In this document: in pieces, positions 48,603 through 58,448 of the stretch
Numbering within the stretch: the first letter of the stretch is position 1
How the letters are laid out: each line of letters begins with the position of its first letter
IMG/VR virus record: IMGVR_UViG_3300032116_015796
Span: 1-64,000 of that record
DNA: 64,000 nucleotides
Direction: 5' to 3' (one strand)
From: a virus
Position numbers and translations under genes: made by a program
Notes under the pieces: generated by a model
What the model saw: the letters and a program-made list of their open reading frames with translations, nothing else
What the model was told of the DNA's origin: nothing
Database searches by the model: none

Positions 48603-49275
48603 TTTTATTTGATTTTCTTATATTTTCTTTTCCCCACATTGGTTGAAGATTTGATAGTGACCAACATTTCATAAACTCTTCGTCACCAATTTCTTGTATA
48701 TTATACACTGAAATAGGTAATATGTGGTCGACATGCCATTCCCCATAGTTACCCCATGTCATACCGTCTTTAAATTGGTTTTCCAAATGACCAATAAGTT
48801 CTTCAGGAGAATATTTTAGAACTTCAAAATAATGACCATTCTTTTGTACATTATTCTCTTTTAATACTTGGTAGATTGCAGTTCTGAAATTATTAATTAA
48901 TTTATAAATGGGGTCGTTTGCTTTACGAGTTTTTTCGTAAGTTCTTTTATTTTTTCTATGTCTATCTATATTTTTATCTCTCCATTCTTTATGATATCCA
49001 TTAAGATAATCTCTATTTTCTTTAGACCATTTTTGGTGACTTTCTGAAAGTCTTGTTTTATTTTTTTCTCGATATTTTTTATCAGAAACTTTTTTACCTC
49101 CTAAAAATTTTCTTCCGCTCCCTTTAATATTAACACCATTCTCTTTTAATATTCTACTAATTGTAAACGTAGACCAACCAAACTTTTTAGATATTTCGCG
49201 CAATCCTTTAAGTTCATCAACGAACATTTTTTTTATTTCAGTAATCTCTTGTTCTGTGGGGATAATCTTATTCAT
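48592..49275 (-). CDS. HNH-type (homing) endonuclease with N-terminal HTH
   Basis: LREISKKFGWSTFTISRIL; WHVDHILP...NLQPMW..EN..KSN; start refined to ATG 49275. Confidence 0.8.
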   Translation of the reverse strand: MNKIIPTEQEITEIKKMFVDELKGLREISKKFGWSTFTISRILKENGVNIKGSGRKFLGGKKVSDKKYREKNKTRLSESHQKWSKENRDYLNGYHKEWRDKNIDRHRKNKRTYEKTRKANDPIYKLINNFRTAIYQVLKENNVQKNGHYFEVLKYSPEELIGHLENQFKDGMTWGNYGEWHVDHILPISVYNIQEIGDEEFMKCWSLSNLQPMWGKENIRKSNKIMV

Positions 49276-49329
49276 ATAATATAAATATATTATATTATTA
49301 CAAAAAAACAACTATTTAATTTTAATAAT

Positions 49330-49358
49330 AAAAAAAGGTCAGATTTCTCTGACCTTTT
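49330..49358 (-). terminator. Terminator of the capsid operon
   Basis: AAAAGGTCAGA-gaaa-TCTGACCTTTTTTT on minus strand just after the MCP stop. Confidence 0.85.
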
Positions 49359-49380
49359 AAAGATTTATTTAAAGATTTGA

Positions 49381-51258
49381 TTATCTCAATTCTTGTAAAT
49401 CAAATGTACGAACACCATCAACAGTAATACGTGCGTAGAAGCGGTTGTTCACCATCTTTTTCGCGTATCTTGTCATAATACCTTTGATAGGTGTGAAGTT
49501 GAATGGGTTGTACATTGTAGGTGTTAATTGTAGAGGTACATACGGTGCGTAGATGTAACCTGTGTCTAACAATGATGTTCCTTTGTGCCCGATTAACACT
49601 TGGTTAGGTGGGAAGTAAGGGTCACGGTAAACTTGGTAACGTCCTGCAAGAGTACCAACTCTTTCAATACCCATGTTGTATTGGTCTTGCTCAGGAGACG
49701 CGTTAGATACGTGGAAGTATTCTAAATCGTCGAAGATTGCAGAAACCTCAGATGATACAACAATCCAGTTAGCTCCACCACGAAGTGTAGACTTGTGGAT
49801 TTGTGCTGACAATTGGTTGATTGCAGTAATCAATGTTTGATTCCAATCTTTCTGAGTGTAAGAAGTTGTTAAACCTTGAACTCTTCTCCATCCGTTGTAA
49901 TCCCAACGTAGGTTCCAAGCCGCTCCTTTACGTAAGTCACGTAAGATTTCACGGTCAATTTCAGCCGCAACTTGTTCAGAAAGAAGAGCCGTTAACTCAG
50001 CTTCTGCGTCAATGTTGTGGAATGCCGCTACGTCTTGAGCAAGTTCTGGAGACCACTGAGCTCTTAACTTTCTTTCAGTTACAGTAACTGTTACTGATTG
50101 AAGGTCAAAAGATACCTCACCAATCTTATCTTCGAACTCAAGTTCTTCGTAACGTCTGAATACCGCAGTTAAACATGTATCTCCTGTAAGAGCCGCAGTA
50201 GCCCCATCAGCAAATGTTGTTCCTGTGTAACCATCTAAAGTACCATCACCACATGTTGCACATACTGGACAAGATAAATCCATTTCTAAATAGATACATC
50301 CGTCAGGAGTACAAATGTCTTGATAAGTACCACCGTTTCCTTTGTCAGCCCAAGTAGCAGTTGCACGTTTAGTGTAAAGACCGTTAACAATACCTTGACC
50401 ATATTGTTGTGTAACAACACGGAAAAGAATTGACTTTGGTTTTGAAGTATCTCCATCTACATAGAATGGATTACAAGTTGAAGCGGTGCTCACTAAATCA
50501 CACTCATTAGACGCAAATAAACGAAGGTCAGACAAGAAAGTTTCTGTGTCATACTCGTTACCATCAGGACCAATCATTTTACCAAGACCGTCTGGTGCGA
50601 AACCACAAAGTCTTACGATAAGTTTTCTTACATTTAAACCATCAAGGTCTACTGTAGTAGCTGAAAGAGGTGTTAATACTCCATTTTCCCATACTACAAC
50701 GTCTGCATTAACAGTAACTGCTGACCAACGACCTTTAGAGTAGTCAAACAACCCTGGAGGGTCTAATTCAGGTTCGTTACCTTCGTAGAATAAATCGTAA
50801 AGGTTTTTAGCGTAAGCTCCTGCCCCTGTGTAACCATTTGATGGGTCACCAGGATAGTTACCAGGAGAACCGATAGGAGCGTAGTGGTCACCACTGAAAT
50901 CTCCTGCAGTACCACCTGAGTAACCTTGGATTTTAGGTACGAAGTAGAACAATTTACCGATAGGTAAGTTCATAGCTTGTACAGAAACGATATCATTCGC
51001 TAATAATTTAGAGAATACACGTCTAACGATAGGGAATACTACAGTTTCGAATGAACCTGAGCTACCGTCAGAAGTTGCTTCATTGATTAGGAAAGACGCT
51101 TGGTTCTCATATAACTGAGCTACGTTTTCTTTTAGGTGGCCTTTAAGACCTTCTAGGAACCCTAATCTGTCCCATTTGTTAATTGTATCTTCTTTGATAA
51201 CCTTAAGGTGCTTAAGACCTATGTTACCAACAAGACCTGATTCTAATAATGCTCCCAT
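49381..51258 (-). CDS. gp23: Major capsid protein (T4 gp23-like)
   Basis: LYENQ, FPIVRRV, DIVSVQAMNLP.G.LFY, RKLRAQWSPELAQD..AFHNIDAEAEL, EIDREI, YAPYVPL, P.KGIMTRY. Confidence 0.97.
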   Translation of the reverse strand: MGALLESGLVGNIGLKHLKVIKEDTINKWDRLGFLEGLKGHLKENVAQLYENQASFLINEATSDGSSGSFETVVFPIVRRVFSKLLANDIVSVQAMNLPIGKLFYFVPKIQGYSGGTAGDFSGDHYAPIGSPGNYPGDPSNGYTGAGAYAKNLYDLFYEGNEPELDPPGLFDYSKGRWSAVTVNADVVVWENGVLTPLSATTVDLDGLNVRKLIVRLCGFAPDGLGKMIGPDGNEYDTETFLSDLRLFASNECDLVSTASTCNPFYVDGDTSKPKSILFRVVTQQYGQGIVNGLYTKRATATWADKGNGGTYQDICTPDGCIYLEMDLSCPVCATCGDGTLDGYTGTTFADGATAALTGDTCLTAVFRRYEELEFEDKIGEVSFDLQSVTVTVTERKLRAQWSPELAQDVAAFHNIDAEAELTALLSEQVAAEIDREILRDLRKGAAWNLRWDYNGWRRVQGLTTSYTQKDWNQTLITAINQLSAQIHKSTLRGGANWIVVSSEVSAIFDDLEYFHVSNASPEQDQYNMGIERVGTLAGRYQVYRDPYFPPNQVLIGHKGTSLLDTGYIYAPYVPLQLTPTMYNPFNFTPIKGIMTRYAKKMVNNRFYARITVDGVRTFDLQELR

Positions 51259-51296
51259 TTTATTGGTTTTTTTGTTTTTAGTTTAGTTTATTTTTA

Positions 51297-52814
51297 TTAT
51301 CTTAGTTTACCCATTAAATCTTTCATTCTAAGGAATTGAGGATTTTCATAAGTTTTTGACTCAATTAAGTTAACCGCTGAACCTGTTGAAGGTGCTTTTT
51401 CAATTACACGTTCGATAGACTCATTCATTGGTTGACTTGTCGTAGTTGAAAGCTCATCTTTAATGGTCTTATACAAATTCTTAGATTCTTTAATAGTTTC
51501 AACTCCATCGAATCTTCTAAGAATGTTGATTTTTTCTTGTTTTGATGTTGAGTGTTCAGTGAACAAACGTGTAGCGTATGCTAAGTTTGAGTTGAATACC
51601 GCAACTTCGTTTAGTTTGTTTCTGAAGATGTTAAGTGCTTTTCTGTATTCTTCATTCTTCTCTCTAAGGATTTGTAACTCTCTTAAAGTTTCACCTTCTT
51701 TAATTGCGGTGTTTGCTTTTGAATGAGCTCTTGGTTTTGGTAAACCACCCTTTCTGAAATTAGAACCACTACCATAAGTTCTTGAAGCTTCTTTAGTCTC
51801 CATTTTCTTAGGTTTGTGTTTGAATTCACCGTCAAGAGTTTCAGTATCTTTGTAAACGTTAACTTTCTTAGCGTTTCCTGTACCCATAGTCTTGTCAGAT
51901 TTTTTCTTAACCACTTTAAAACCTCCACTTGTATTAGGATTTTTAGAATAGATGTCTTTTTTAGGACCTTTTCCGATTCCAACGCCTTTTGGTTTAACTG
52001 TTTTTTTAGACTCCATCATGTAGTCGTCTTCTTCATACATTTCTTCTTCCATATCTTCTTCGTCATCCTCAAAAGAAATTTCGTAGATTGTTTCTGAATC
52101 CATACCTTCCATCATTTCGTCTTCTAAGTCTGCGTCACCGTAGAACTCTTCTTCTTCCATCATTTCGTCTTCATCTTCCATCATTTCTTCGAAGTCCATT
52201 TCTTCTTCGTCTTCGAAATCCATGTCCTCTTCATCTTCGTAATCCATATCTTCTTCATCTTCATCTCCGAAAACTTTCGATACGATTGATTCAATAGACT
52301 CATCTTCTTCGTCCATTTCTTCATAACCTTCGTTCTCTTCGTCCCACATTTCGAACATTTCCTCTTCTTCTCCTTCTTGAACAATCATGTATTCTTTGTT
52401 TGTTTCGTTATCCTTAAGATTAATATTTCCAGCACCGTCTTTTTTAACGATGATTTTATCTTCAGGGTCCATCAATTCGAATACACGAAGAACTTGTTCA
52501 TCGGATTGACCTGTCAAGTCGATTGTGTCCATAGAGTCCATGGCCATCATATCTTCGTCTTCATTATCAGTATCCATGTCTTCACCTTCTTCGTCGTCCA
52601 TTTCTGGCTCTTCCATTTCAGGCTCTTCCATTTCAACATCTGTTTCAACCTCTGCATCTTCTTCTTCTTGTTCAGATAGAGATTCTTTTACTAGTTCTTT
52701 GATTTCTTCCTTCATTGTTGAAGCAAGTATTCCTTTTGCGTTTTCAGCAACCGCTTCTTCCAAATTTTTCATTTGGATGATTGCTTCTTCTACTAAAGAT
52801 TTTTCTTTTGCCAT
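51297..52814 (-). CDS. Prohead core/scaffolding protein (acidic, gp22-like position)
   Basis: Very acidic E/D/M-rich middle, C-terminal coiled coil, immediately upstream of MCP; start refined to ATG 52814. Confidence 0.7.
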   Translation of the reverse strand: MAKEKSLVEEAIIQMKNLEEAVAENAKGILASTMKEEIKELVKESLSEQEEEDAEVETDVEMEEPEMEEPEMDDEEGEDMDTDNEDEDMMAMDSMDTIDLTGQSDEQVLRVFELMDPEDKIIVKKDGAGNINLKDNETNKEYMIVQEGEEEEMFEMWDEENEGYEEMDEEDESIESIVSKVFGDEDEEDMDYEDEEDMDFEDEEEMDFEEMMEDEDEMMEEEEFYGDADLEDEMMEGMDSETIYEISFEDDEEDMEEEMYEEDDYMMESKKTVKPKGVGIGKGPKKDIYSKNPNTSGGFKVVKKKSDKTMGTGNAKKVNVYKDTETLDGEFKHKPKKMETKEASRTYGSGSNFRKGGLPKPRAHSKANTAIKEGETLRELQILREKNEEYRKALNIFRNKLNEVAVFNSNLAYATRLFTEHSTSKQEKINILRRFDGVETIKESKNLYKTIKDELSTTTSQPMNESIERVIEKAPSTGSAVNLIESKTYENPQFLRMKDLMGKLR

Positions 52815-52931
52815 TTTGCGTGTTGATTTTTTATATATAAATATTACCAATTCCTAAAAAAGTCGTTTTTTGACTTTATTCAGAATTAGTTTTTTTATTT
52901 GTATATAAATATTTCCTTTTTTGGGAAAAAC

Positions 52932-52959
52932 AAAAAAGGAGGTCAAAGACCTCCTTTTT
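52932..52959. terminator. Terminator hairpin
   Basis: AAAAAGGAGGTC-aaa-GACCTCCTTTTT. Confidence 0.8.
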
Positions 52960-52990
52960 AAAATTGATTATTAAATTATTGAAATTTAAA

Positions 52991-53200
52991 TTATTCTATC
53001 ACCTCATCAATCTTACTTTCAACAATCGCGGTTATTCTCCAATCTTGAGTATAATGTTCGAACACCTTGGTTACTTTTGCTTCTACATCAGTTGGATTAT
53101 AACCCTTAACCAACTTTTCTTCTTTTTGTTTTTTTACTTTTCCTGATTCTGCGTCAACCATGTCGATGGTAACTCTTGCAATGAAATATTTTTCGTCCAT
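52991..53200 (-). CDS. DUF4494-like small protein
   Basis: YF.ARV...ESGKVKK.KE..LV......EA.V....I..I.ESKI.EV resembles the Bacteroidota DUF4494 N-domain. Confidence 0.55.
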   Translation of the reverse strand: MDEKYFIARVTIDMVDAESGKVKKQKEEKLVKGYNPTDVEAKVTKVFEHYTQDWRITAIVESKIDEVIE

Positions 53201-53212
53201 AATAAAATGTTT

Positions 53213-53935
53213 TTAATATCCTAAATAATCGGATAATTTTTTCATTAAGTCAAGAGATTTGTTTGCTGAAGGTCCAACTTCTCTTTCTGCCCTCATTCTA
53301 TTTTCTTCTTCTAAGTTCTCCTCAAACTGATGTCTTCCATCGGGTTCTAAGAAAAGATAAGCTCCTGGGGTGGATGGGGATGATACCAAGTCAAAACAAA
53401 TTAATTCAAAATCATCTTGAACTTCATTTTGTTCCCCAACTTTTTTAAGTGAACCAACCCCTCTTGAAGAGATTCCTAATGTAACACCTTGTCTTAAATA
53501 ATTTGCAGCTAAATCTCCTTTAGTTGAACAAACTCCTCTTTCATGGAAACCAGGACTTGTTAATAGTTTAAGTTTTCCCATAAGTACAGGTCCGTCCCAC
53601 CATATATCAGTTATAATATGAGATACTCTATCTAAGTCAATTAAAGATGATTCAGGGTGGTTTAACTCAGAAAGTGATGTACCTTTCTGAATCATCTTTT
53701 TGTAGTTTTCAGCTTCTCTTTTTAAAATTCTTTCAGGGTAAATTCTACCGTTTCTATTTGGAGTATTGTATTTTTGTAATACCGCATAAAACTCAAATGG
53801 TTTTGAGTAATCCAAAAGATTTTTAGATTCCATGATATATTGATTATTGTCGGTTTTAGGATTTATATATCCTGCATCATACTCAATCAATATCCCTTTT
53901 CCTGTTTGGCCAGGTTGTATAATTTGTAAACTCAT
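53213..53935 (-). CDS. gp21: Prohead maturation protease (T4 gp21-like)
   Basis: NRNGRIYP, ELNHP, VSHII, GISSRGVGSL, DLVSSPSTPGA. Confidence 0.93.
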   Translation of the reverse strand: MSLQIIQPGQTGKGILIEYDAGYINPKTDNNQYIMESKNLLDYSKPFEFYAVLQKYNTPNRNGRIYPERILKREAENYKKMIQKGTSLSELNHPESSLIDLDRVSHIITDIWWDGPVLMGKLKLLTSPGFHERGVCSTKGDLAANYLRQGVTLGISSRGVGSLKKVGEQNEVQDDFELICFDLVSSPSTPGAYLFLEPDGRHQFEENLEEENRMRAEREVGPSANKSLDLMKKLSDYLGY

Positions 53936-53957
53936 TGTCTATTTTTAATAATAAATA

Positions 53958-54428
53958 TTAATGAGTTTCTAATTTTACCTTACTTTCCTTTGTTTTACCG
54001 TTTTTAGTTAAATGAAATTTAAAATAGTCGTTTTTAGAAAAACCATGTTGTATAACATTTTTTACCATTTGTTTTAATTCATCTCGTAGTTTAATTGATT
54101 TAAAGTCGGTGATTAACTCTTTAAGGTATAAATTAATTTCTAAATTCAAAAAGGATTTTTTCCCGACTGTAATACCACTTGACCTTAAGTCTAAGTCAAC
54201 GATAAATTTGTCATCAAAAAAAGACCTGTCTAATGTTTCATAAATTACATGTTTAATTGACCTACTAAAATTAAGAACAATACGATTCCAATTTTCAGAA
54301 TCTTTTATGGGGTCTACCCAAGTTTGAATGTTTAAATAGAGTGATTTAAAATTTACTGAGTCTACTGTACCGTATAGTACTTTGACTGTTTTGAATCCTT
54401 GGATTCGAGAGGTTTTCCCCTTTTTCAT
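53958..54428 (-). CDS. Hypothetical phage protein
   Basis: 156-aa ORF divergent from rpsU. Confidence 0.7.
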   Translation of the reverse strand: MKKGKTSRIQGFKTVKVLYGTVDSVNFKSLYLNIQTWVDPIKDSENWNRIVLNFSRSIKHVIYETLDRSFFDDKFIVDLDLRSSGITVGKKSFLNLEINLYLKELITDFKSIKLRDELKQMVKNVIQHGFSKNDYFKFHLTKNGKTKESKVKLETH

Positions 54429-54458
54429 TAATATTCATATTTTTCTGTTTATTTTACT

Positions 54459-54504
54459 AAAAAATAAGAATATTTGTGTGATTAGTCAAAATTTATTATC
54501 TTTG
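54459..54504. promoter_or_regulatory. Overlapping back-to-back Bacteroidota-type promoters (rpsU and divergent gene)
   Basis: Plus: TTTG(54473)-N20-TATCTTTG(54497); minus: TTTG-N20-TATTTTTT. Confidence 0.7.
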
Positions 54505-54521
54505 TGGATATTTGTATATAT

Positions 54522-54713
54522 ATGTTGATTATCACCGTTAAAAAAAACAATTTAGAGAGAGCTCTAAAAGAATACAAAAGTAAGGTCATTAAAACAAGAC
54601 AAATGACTGAATTAAATAACCGTAAAACTTTTGTTAAGCCGTCAGTAAAACGCAGAAACCAAATTTCTAAAGCAAAATATGTTCAGAAGAAGTTTGGGGA
54701 CAATCAAGATTAA
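54522..54713 (+). CDS. rpsU: Ribosomal protein bS21 (Bacteroidota type)
   Basis: MLIITVK..NLERALK.YK.K..KT.....L..R..FVKPSV.RR....KA.Y; start refined to ATG 54522. Confidence 0.92.
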   Translation: MLIITVKKNNLERALKEYKSKVIKTRQMTELNNRKTFVKPSVKRRNQISKAKYVQKKFGDNQD

Positions 54714-55423
54714 AGATTTTCTTTTAATCCTTTTAACTTGAAATAAGTTAACTTGTCGTATTTCTCAGCGGAAACTTTATTGATAGTTTCATTTATTCTG
54801 TTCATAGTTTCAGAATCAGAACCCTCTTTAAGATTTTCTAATTTGTTTAGTACACCTTCTTTTAGAGAATCAAAATTATTTTTTAATTCACTATCATCCG
54901 AGTTTAAAAATTTAATTAGTTCTTTTTTCTCAGATTCATTTAATGACTCCATGTAATTTTGAATTGTTTTGTTTGCAACACTAATCATCGTACTCATAGG
55001 GAGTTTAACAATTTCTTTTTCAATTGGTCTTGGTCTTTTTAAAGATTCCGCAATTATTTTTTTACTTTTAATTCTTGATTCGATTGTTAAAACATCATTT
55101 GAGAATAAGTTATCAATATTTTCATATTCATTAGTCGTCTCAACTTTGTTCACCCAATTTTTTAAAATCTGTAAATCAGAAGATTTAATCTTATTAAGAC
55201 TATTCTCATAAATTGTAATACATTCATGAATATAATCATTCACGTATGATTCATTTAGACCTTTTTTCGAGTTTAACTCATCATATAAATAAAAAATCTT
55301 AGCAATGTTTTTTTTGTCTAAAACATTTGTTTTAAAATTTTTCAATTCATTTTTAAAAGTATTATTAGAGTATGATTCCAATAATACTTTTTCTATTTTA
55401 GATTTTAAAATTCCGAACTTCAT
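54710..55423 (-). CDS. Hypothetical phage protein
   Basis: 237-aa helical ORF downstream of portal; late motif upstream. Confidence 0.75.
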   Translation of the reverse strand: MKFGILKSKIEKVLLESYSNNTFKNELKNFKTNVLDKKNIAKIFYLYDELNSKKGLNESYVNDYIHECITIYENSLNKIKSSDLQILKNWVNKVETTNEYENIDNLFSNDVLTIESRIKSKKIIAESLKRPRPIEKEIVKLPMSTMISVANKTIQNYMESLNESEKKELIKFLNSDDSELKNNFDSLKEGVLNKLENLKEGSDSETMNRINETINKVSAEKYDKLTYFKLKGLKENL

Positions 55424-55444
55424 TTTCTTTTTTATTTATAAATA

Positions 55445-57256
55445 TCAATCTCTTAAAAGTTTTCCTAATTGATTCTCTATTTCCCCCAAATAATTCTTTC
55501 CTTTGGATAAATCAATAAATGAGTCTTCGTCAGTTAAACTTTCAGATTCTAAAAGAATTTTTAAATTATCCCGATTAAATGACTCGGGTGTTACCCCCGA
55601 TTCACCTCCTGGTGGTGGGGGTGGTGGAGGTGGTGGTGCTCCTCCTTCTTCTCCTCCAGGTGGAGGTGGTGGTGCGGATGCTCCTCCTGTTGCTCCTGAA
55701 ACACTCTTATATAATTTATCAACGTTATCAAATATTCCTGTCTTAGTTATAATTGTTGCGGTATTAGTTAATTCAGCTCCAACCGCCTTTTCAATTCTTT
55801 GTTGTTGTAGGTCAAGTTTAATTTCTTCATCAGACAAACCAAGAATGTGTTTTTTAGCCCAAGATACTGATACAGGGGCGATTCCTTCAATAGCGGCAAC
55901 CGCGTCTTTGTATAGTAATATTTTCTCTTTCCAAACATCTACCTTTAACAAATCGGCTTGTGTCGAAGGGTTTGTGAGACCTAATGTAAAGTTACTTAAT
56001 TCGTCTTCAAACCCTAAAAGGAATAAGTGAATAATCGCTATTTTATTAAGTTCGGCAATCATAGATTTTTGAATCCTGTTGATTGTTCGAGCAAAACGAA
56101 TGTCGAGTAATGATAAGTTTTTACCGTCTCCAACCGCCTCTTCAAACCCAAGATACGCCTTAGGTATTCTAAGAGCGGTAACAAGTTTTTTCTGAATATA
56201 TTCAATATCCGCAATTTCCGCTAAGTTTTGAGCTCCAGGTAAAGTGTCAATAGGATTTGGTGCTGCTGGGTCACGAACAGGAATAAAATAATCTTGGTCA
56301 ACTGCCATTTGATTGAACCTCATGTCAACATTACCTGATTGACTATCAACAACTTGATTTCTTTTAAATTTGTTTGCAACACGTTGTACATATGGTTCAA
56401 CATCTGCGTCATCCATATTTCCCACAAACACTTTAAAAACACGTCTTTCAGGGGCTCTTGATGTTCTATAAATCAACATAGCGTCTTCTGAAAGAAGTAA
56501 TTGTTTCCATATACGTCTCGCTTTTTCTAACATGGATGTTCCGTAAGGAAGTTTTCTGTCATCACCTAATAATCTGAAGTGAGCGATTTCCCAAGAGTTA
56601 AATTCCATGTCTTTCGCTTTCCACTTAAATCTTAACCCTCTATTTTCTTTTGGTTCATCAACCTTTTGAGCAGACCCTTGTGAAGGCATACCTCTTTCTA
56701 ATCGTTCAATTTCAATGTTGGGTAGTTGCATACATCCTACAACCCCTTTTTCAGCATCTAATTTTAAGTAAACAAAATTATCACCATACTTACATGTGTT
56801 TCTTGTCCACATAGGTAAATTAGTGTTTACGTCAAGTACATTGTTAAATAAATCGGCTAAAATACCTTTAATTCTTTTTGACTCAGAATATATCTGTAAC
56901 ATATAACCATTTTGGTCAACAGTTGTTGATTCTTCTCCGTATATGTCAAGAGCGGCGGAAATCTCAGGCGTATATTCCATAGATTCGTAATCATAAAATG
57001 ACGCCAATCTAGTTGGTTCATAATATACGGCTTGTGTATATAAATTACTTTCTATTTTAGTCCATTGATTTGCTAAATAGTAAGTTTGTTGAGCCTGTAG
57101 TAATTCTTTATCAAATTCTTGTTTAGAAGTGGTTTTGAGTAATTCTTTTCTATCGAATTTATAAGTTGGATAATCTTGGTTCAGTAAAGCGTTGGGTCCG
57201 AACGCGTGGGACAACCTTTGCCAAACTGTCAGATTATTATTTTGTGTATTTTCCAT
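55445..57256 (-). CDS. gp20: Portal protein (T4 gp20-like)
   Basis: PEISAALDI, EDAMLIYRTSRAPERRVF.V.VGN, DYFIPVR, IDTLPG, L..ALRIP. Confidence 0.95.
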   Translation of the reverse strand: MENTQNNNLTVWQRLSHAFGPNALLNQDYPTYKFDRKELLKTTSKQEFDKELLQAQQTYYLANQWTKIESNLYTQAVYYEPTRLASFYDYESMEYTPEISAALDIYGEESTTVDQNGYMLQIYSESKRIKGILADLFNNVLDVNTNLPMWTRNTCKYGDNFVYLKLDAEKGVVGCMQLPNIEIERLERGMPSQGSAQKVDEPKENRGLRFKWKAKDMEFNSWEIAHFRLLGDDRKLPYGTSMLEKARRIWKQLLLSEDAMLIYRTSRAPERRVFKVFVGNMDDADVEPYVQRVANKFKRNQVVDSQSGNVDMRFNQMAVDQDYFIPVRDPAAPNPIDTLPGAQNLAEIADIEYIQKKLVTALRIPKAYLGFEEAVGDGKNLSLLDIRFARTINRIQKSMIAELNKIAIIHLFLLGFEDELSNFTLGLTNPSTQADLLKVDVWKEKILLYKDAVAAIEGIAPVSVSWAKKHILGLSDEEIKLDLQQQRIEKAVGAELTNTATIITKTGIFDNVDKLYKSVSGATGGASAPPPPPGGEEGGAPPPPPPPPPGGESGVTPESFNRDNLKILLESESLTDEDSFIDLSKGKNYLGEIENQLGKLLRD

Positions 57257-57296
57257 ATTACAATTTTAATGTTAAATCTATATAATTAAATATTTC

Positions 57297-58436
57297 TTAA
57301 GTTATTCCCCATCTATTTTTCAAGAATAAAACAACATCGTCATGGACTGCAACACTGTGTTGAGTATTGAATATTATTAATTCTGCTAAGTAACCATTAT
57401 ATGGGTATTCTCCAGGACCTCCATCAAACGAACTACCAATTCTTAGTGGACCGTGAGAGGCATTATTTAAACTAAGACTATTTTGTGTGACTCCTGTAAC
57501 AAAAACACCATTCACATATGAATTAGCAGCAATTGTAACTAAATCACCTGGGTCTGATGCTCTTACCGAAAAAACTCTTAAATCTTTACCATCTAAAACA
57601 GGACCACTTCCATTAACTTCAATTGGTAATGTTATCATATTGACAGGTCCTGGACCTAAACCTGTGTTTACTTCTAAATAAACATCTGAATTAGAATTAA
57701 TATATAAACTTTCACTATTACGTGAAAATGATGGACCTGATATTCTAGTACTAAATACAAAAGAATCGGCTGATACTGACAATGGTTTTGCAACTAAATA
57801 TATCGTATAAGAATATCCTGTTTTGTGAATAAAAGTGATATCATCTGTTGTCACATATTGACTTGCACACGTTCCTGTACAAGGTGGTGGCCAACAACCT
57901 CCTGGGTCGCCAGAGAAAAACAACATATTATACCCACTTAAATTATCGTAACTAGCAACACATCCCGTATCTCCTGTCGCAATTTCAACACTATCACTAT
58001 ATCTGTAAAGTTCTGTTATTCCATCTCCTGAAATTGGTGAAGAAGGGTTTAGGTAATTAGTATCAAATGTTTGATAATATAATACAGGTTGACCTAAACT
58101 AATAGGGTTAATTCCCTGATATGATAATGACGGTGTAATTGTAGGGGTTACTGTAGGTGTAGTTGTTTGAGTAATTGTAGGTGTTACAGTTGGTGTTGGT
58201 GTTTGAGTAATTGTAGGGGTTACAGTAGGTGTTTGAGTAATTGTAGGGGTTGGTGCTGGTGTTTCTGAATTAGTTACTGAAGGTGTTTTTGTAGGTCTTG
58301 GTACTCTACCAATTTGTTTATGGATATGTACTTTATCATTAGGACTTCTCTCAACTGTAAAAATACCTTGACCTGGCACATTTAATTTAGTACCACCAAA
58401 GTCTCTACCTGATTTTTTTCTTCTCTCTAAACCCAT
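57297..58436 (-). CDS. PT-rich protein with C-terminal LamG/ConA-like domain
   Basis: (TPTVTPTITQ)n; SYVNG, LRIG, YNGYLAELIIFN...V..FL..RWG. Confidence 0.7.
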   Translation of the reverse strand: MGLERRKKSGRDFGGTKLNVPGQGIFTVERSPNDKVHIHKQIGRVPRPTKTPSVTNSETPAPTPTITQTPTVTPTITQTPTPTVTPTITQTTTPTVTPTITPSLSYQGINPISLGQPVLYYQTFDTNYLNPSSPISGDGITELYRYSDSVEIATGDTGCVASYDNLSGYNMLFFSGDPGGCWPPPCTGTCASQYVTTDDITFIHKTGYSYTIYLVAKPLSVSADSFVFSTRISGPSFSRNSESLYINSNSDVYLEVNTGLGPGPVNMITLPIEVNGSGPVLDGKDLRVFSVRASDPGDLVTIAANSYVNGVFVTGVTQNSLSLNNASHGPLRIGSSFDGGPGEYPYNGYLAELIIFNTQHSVAVHDDVVLFLKNRWGIT

Positions 58437-58448
58437 TTTTCATAAATA

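Noticed and set aside
52851-52990. Possible tRNA/ncRNA in the largest intergenic gap
   Set aside because: Explained by a terminator, a small hairpin and two late motifs; no cloverleaf seen
49833-56030. Numerous short overlapping ORFs (e.g. 49833-50087, 52525-52857, 55503-56030) and similar ones elsewhere
   Set aside because: Antisense or alternate-frame shadows of recognised genes, with low-complexity translations
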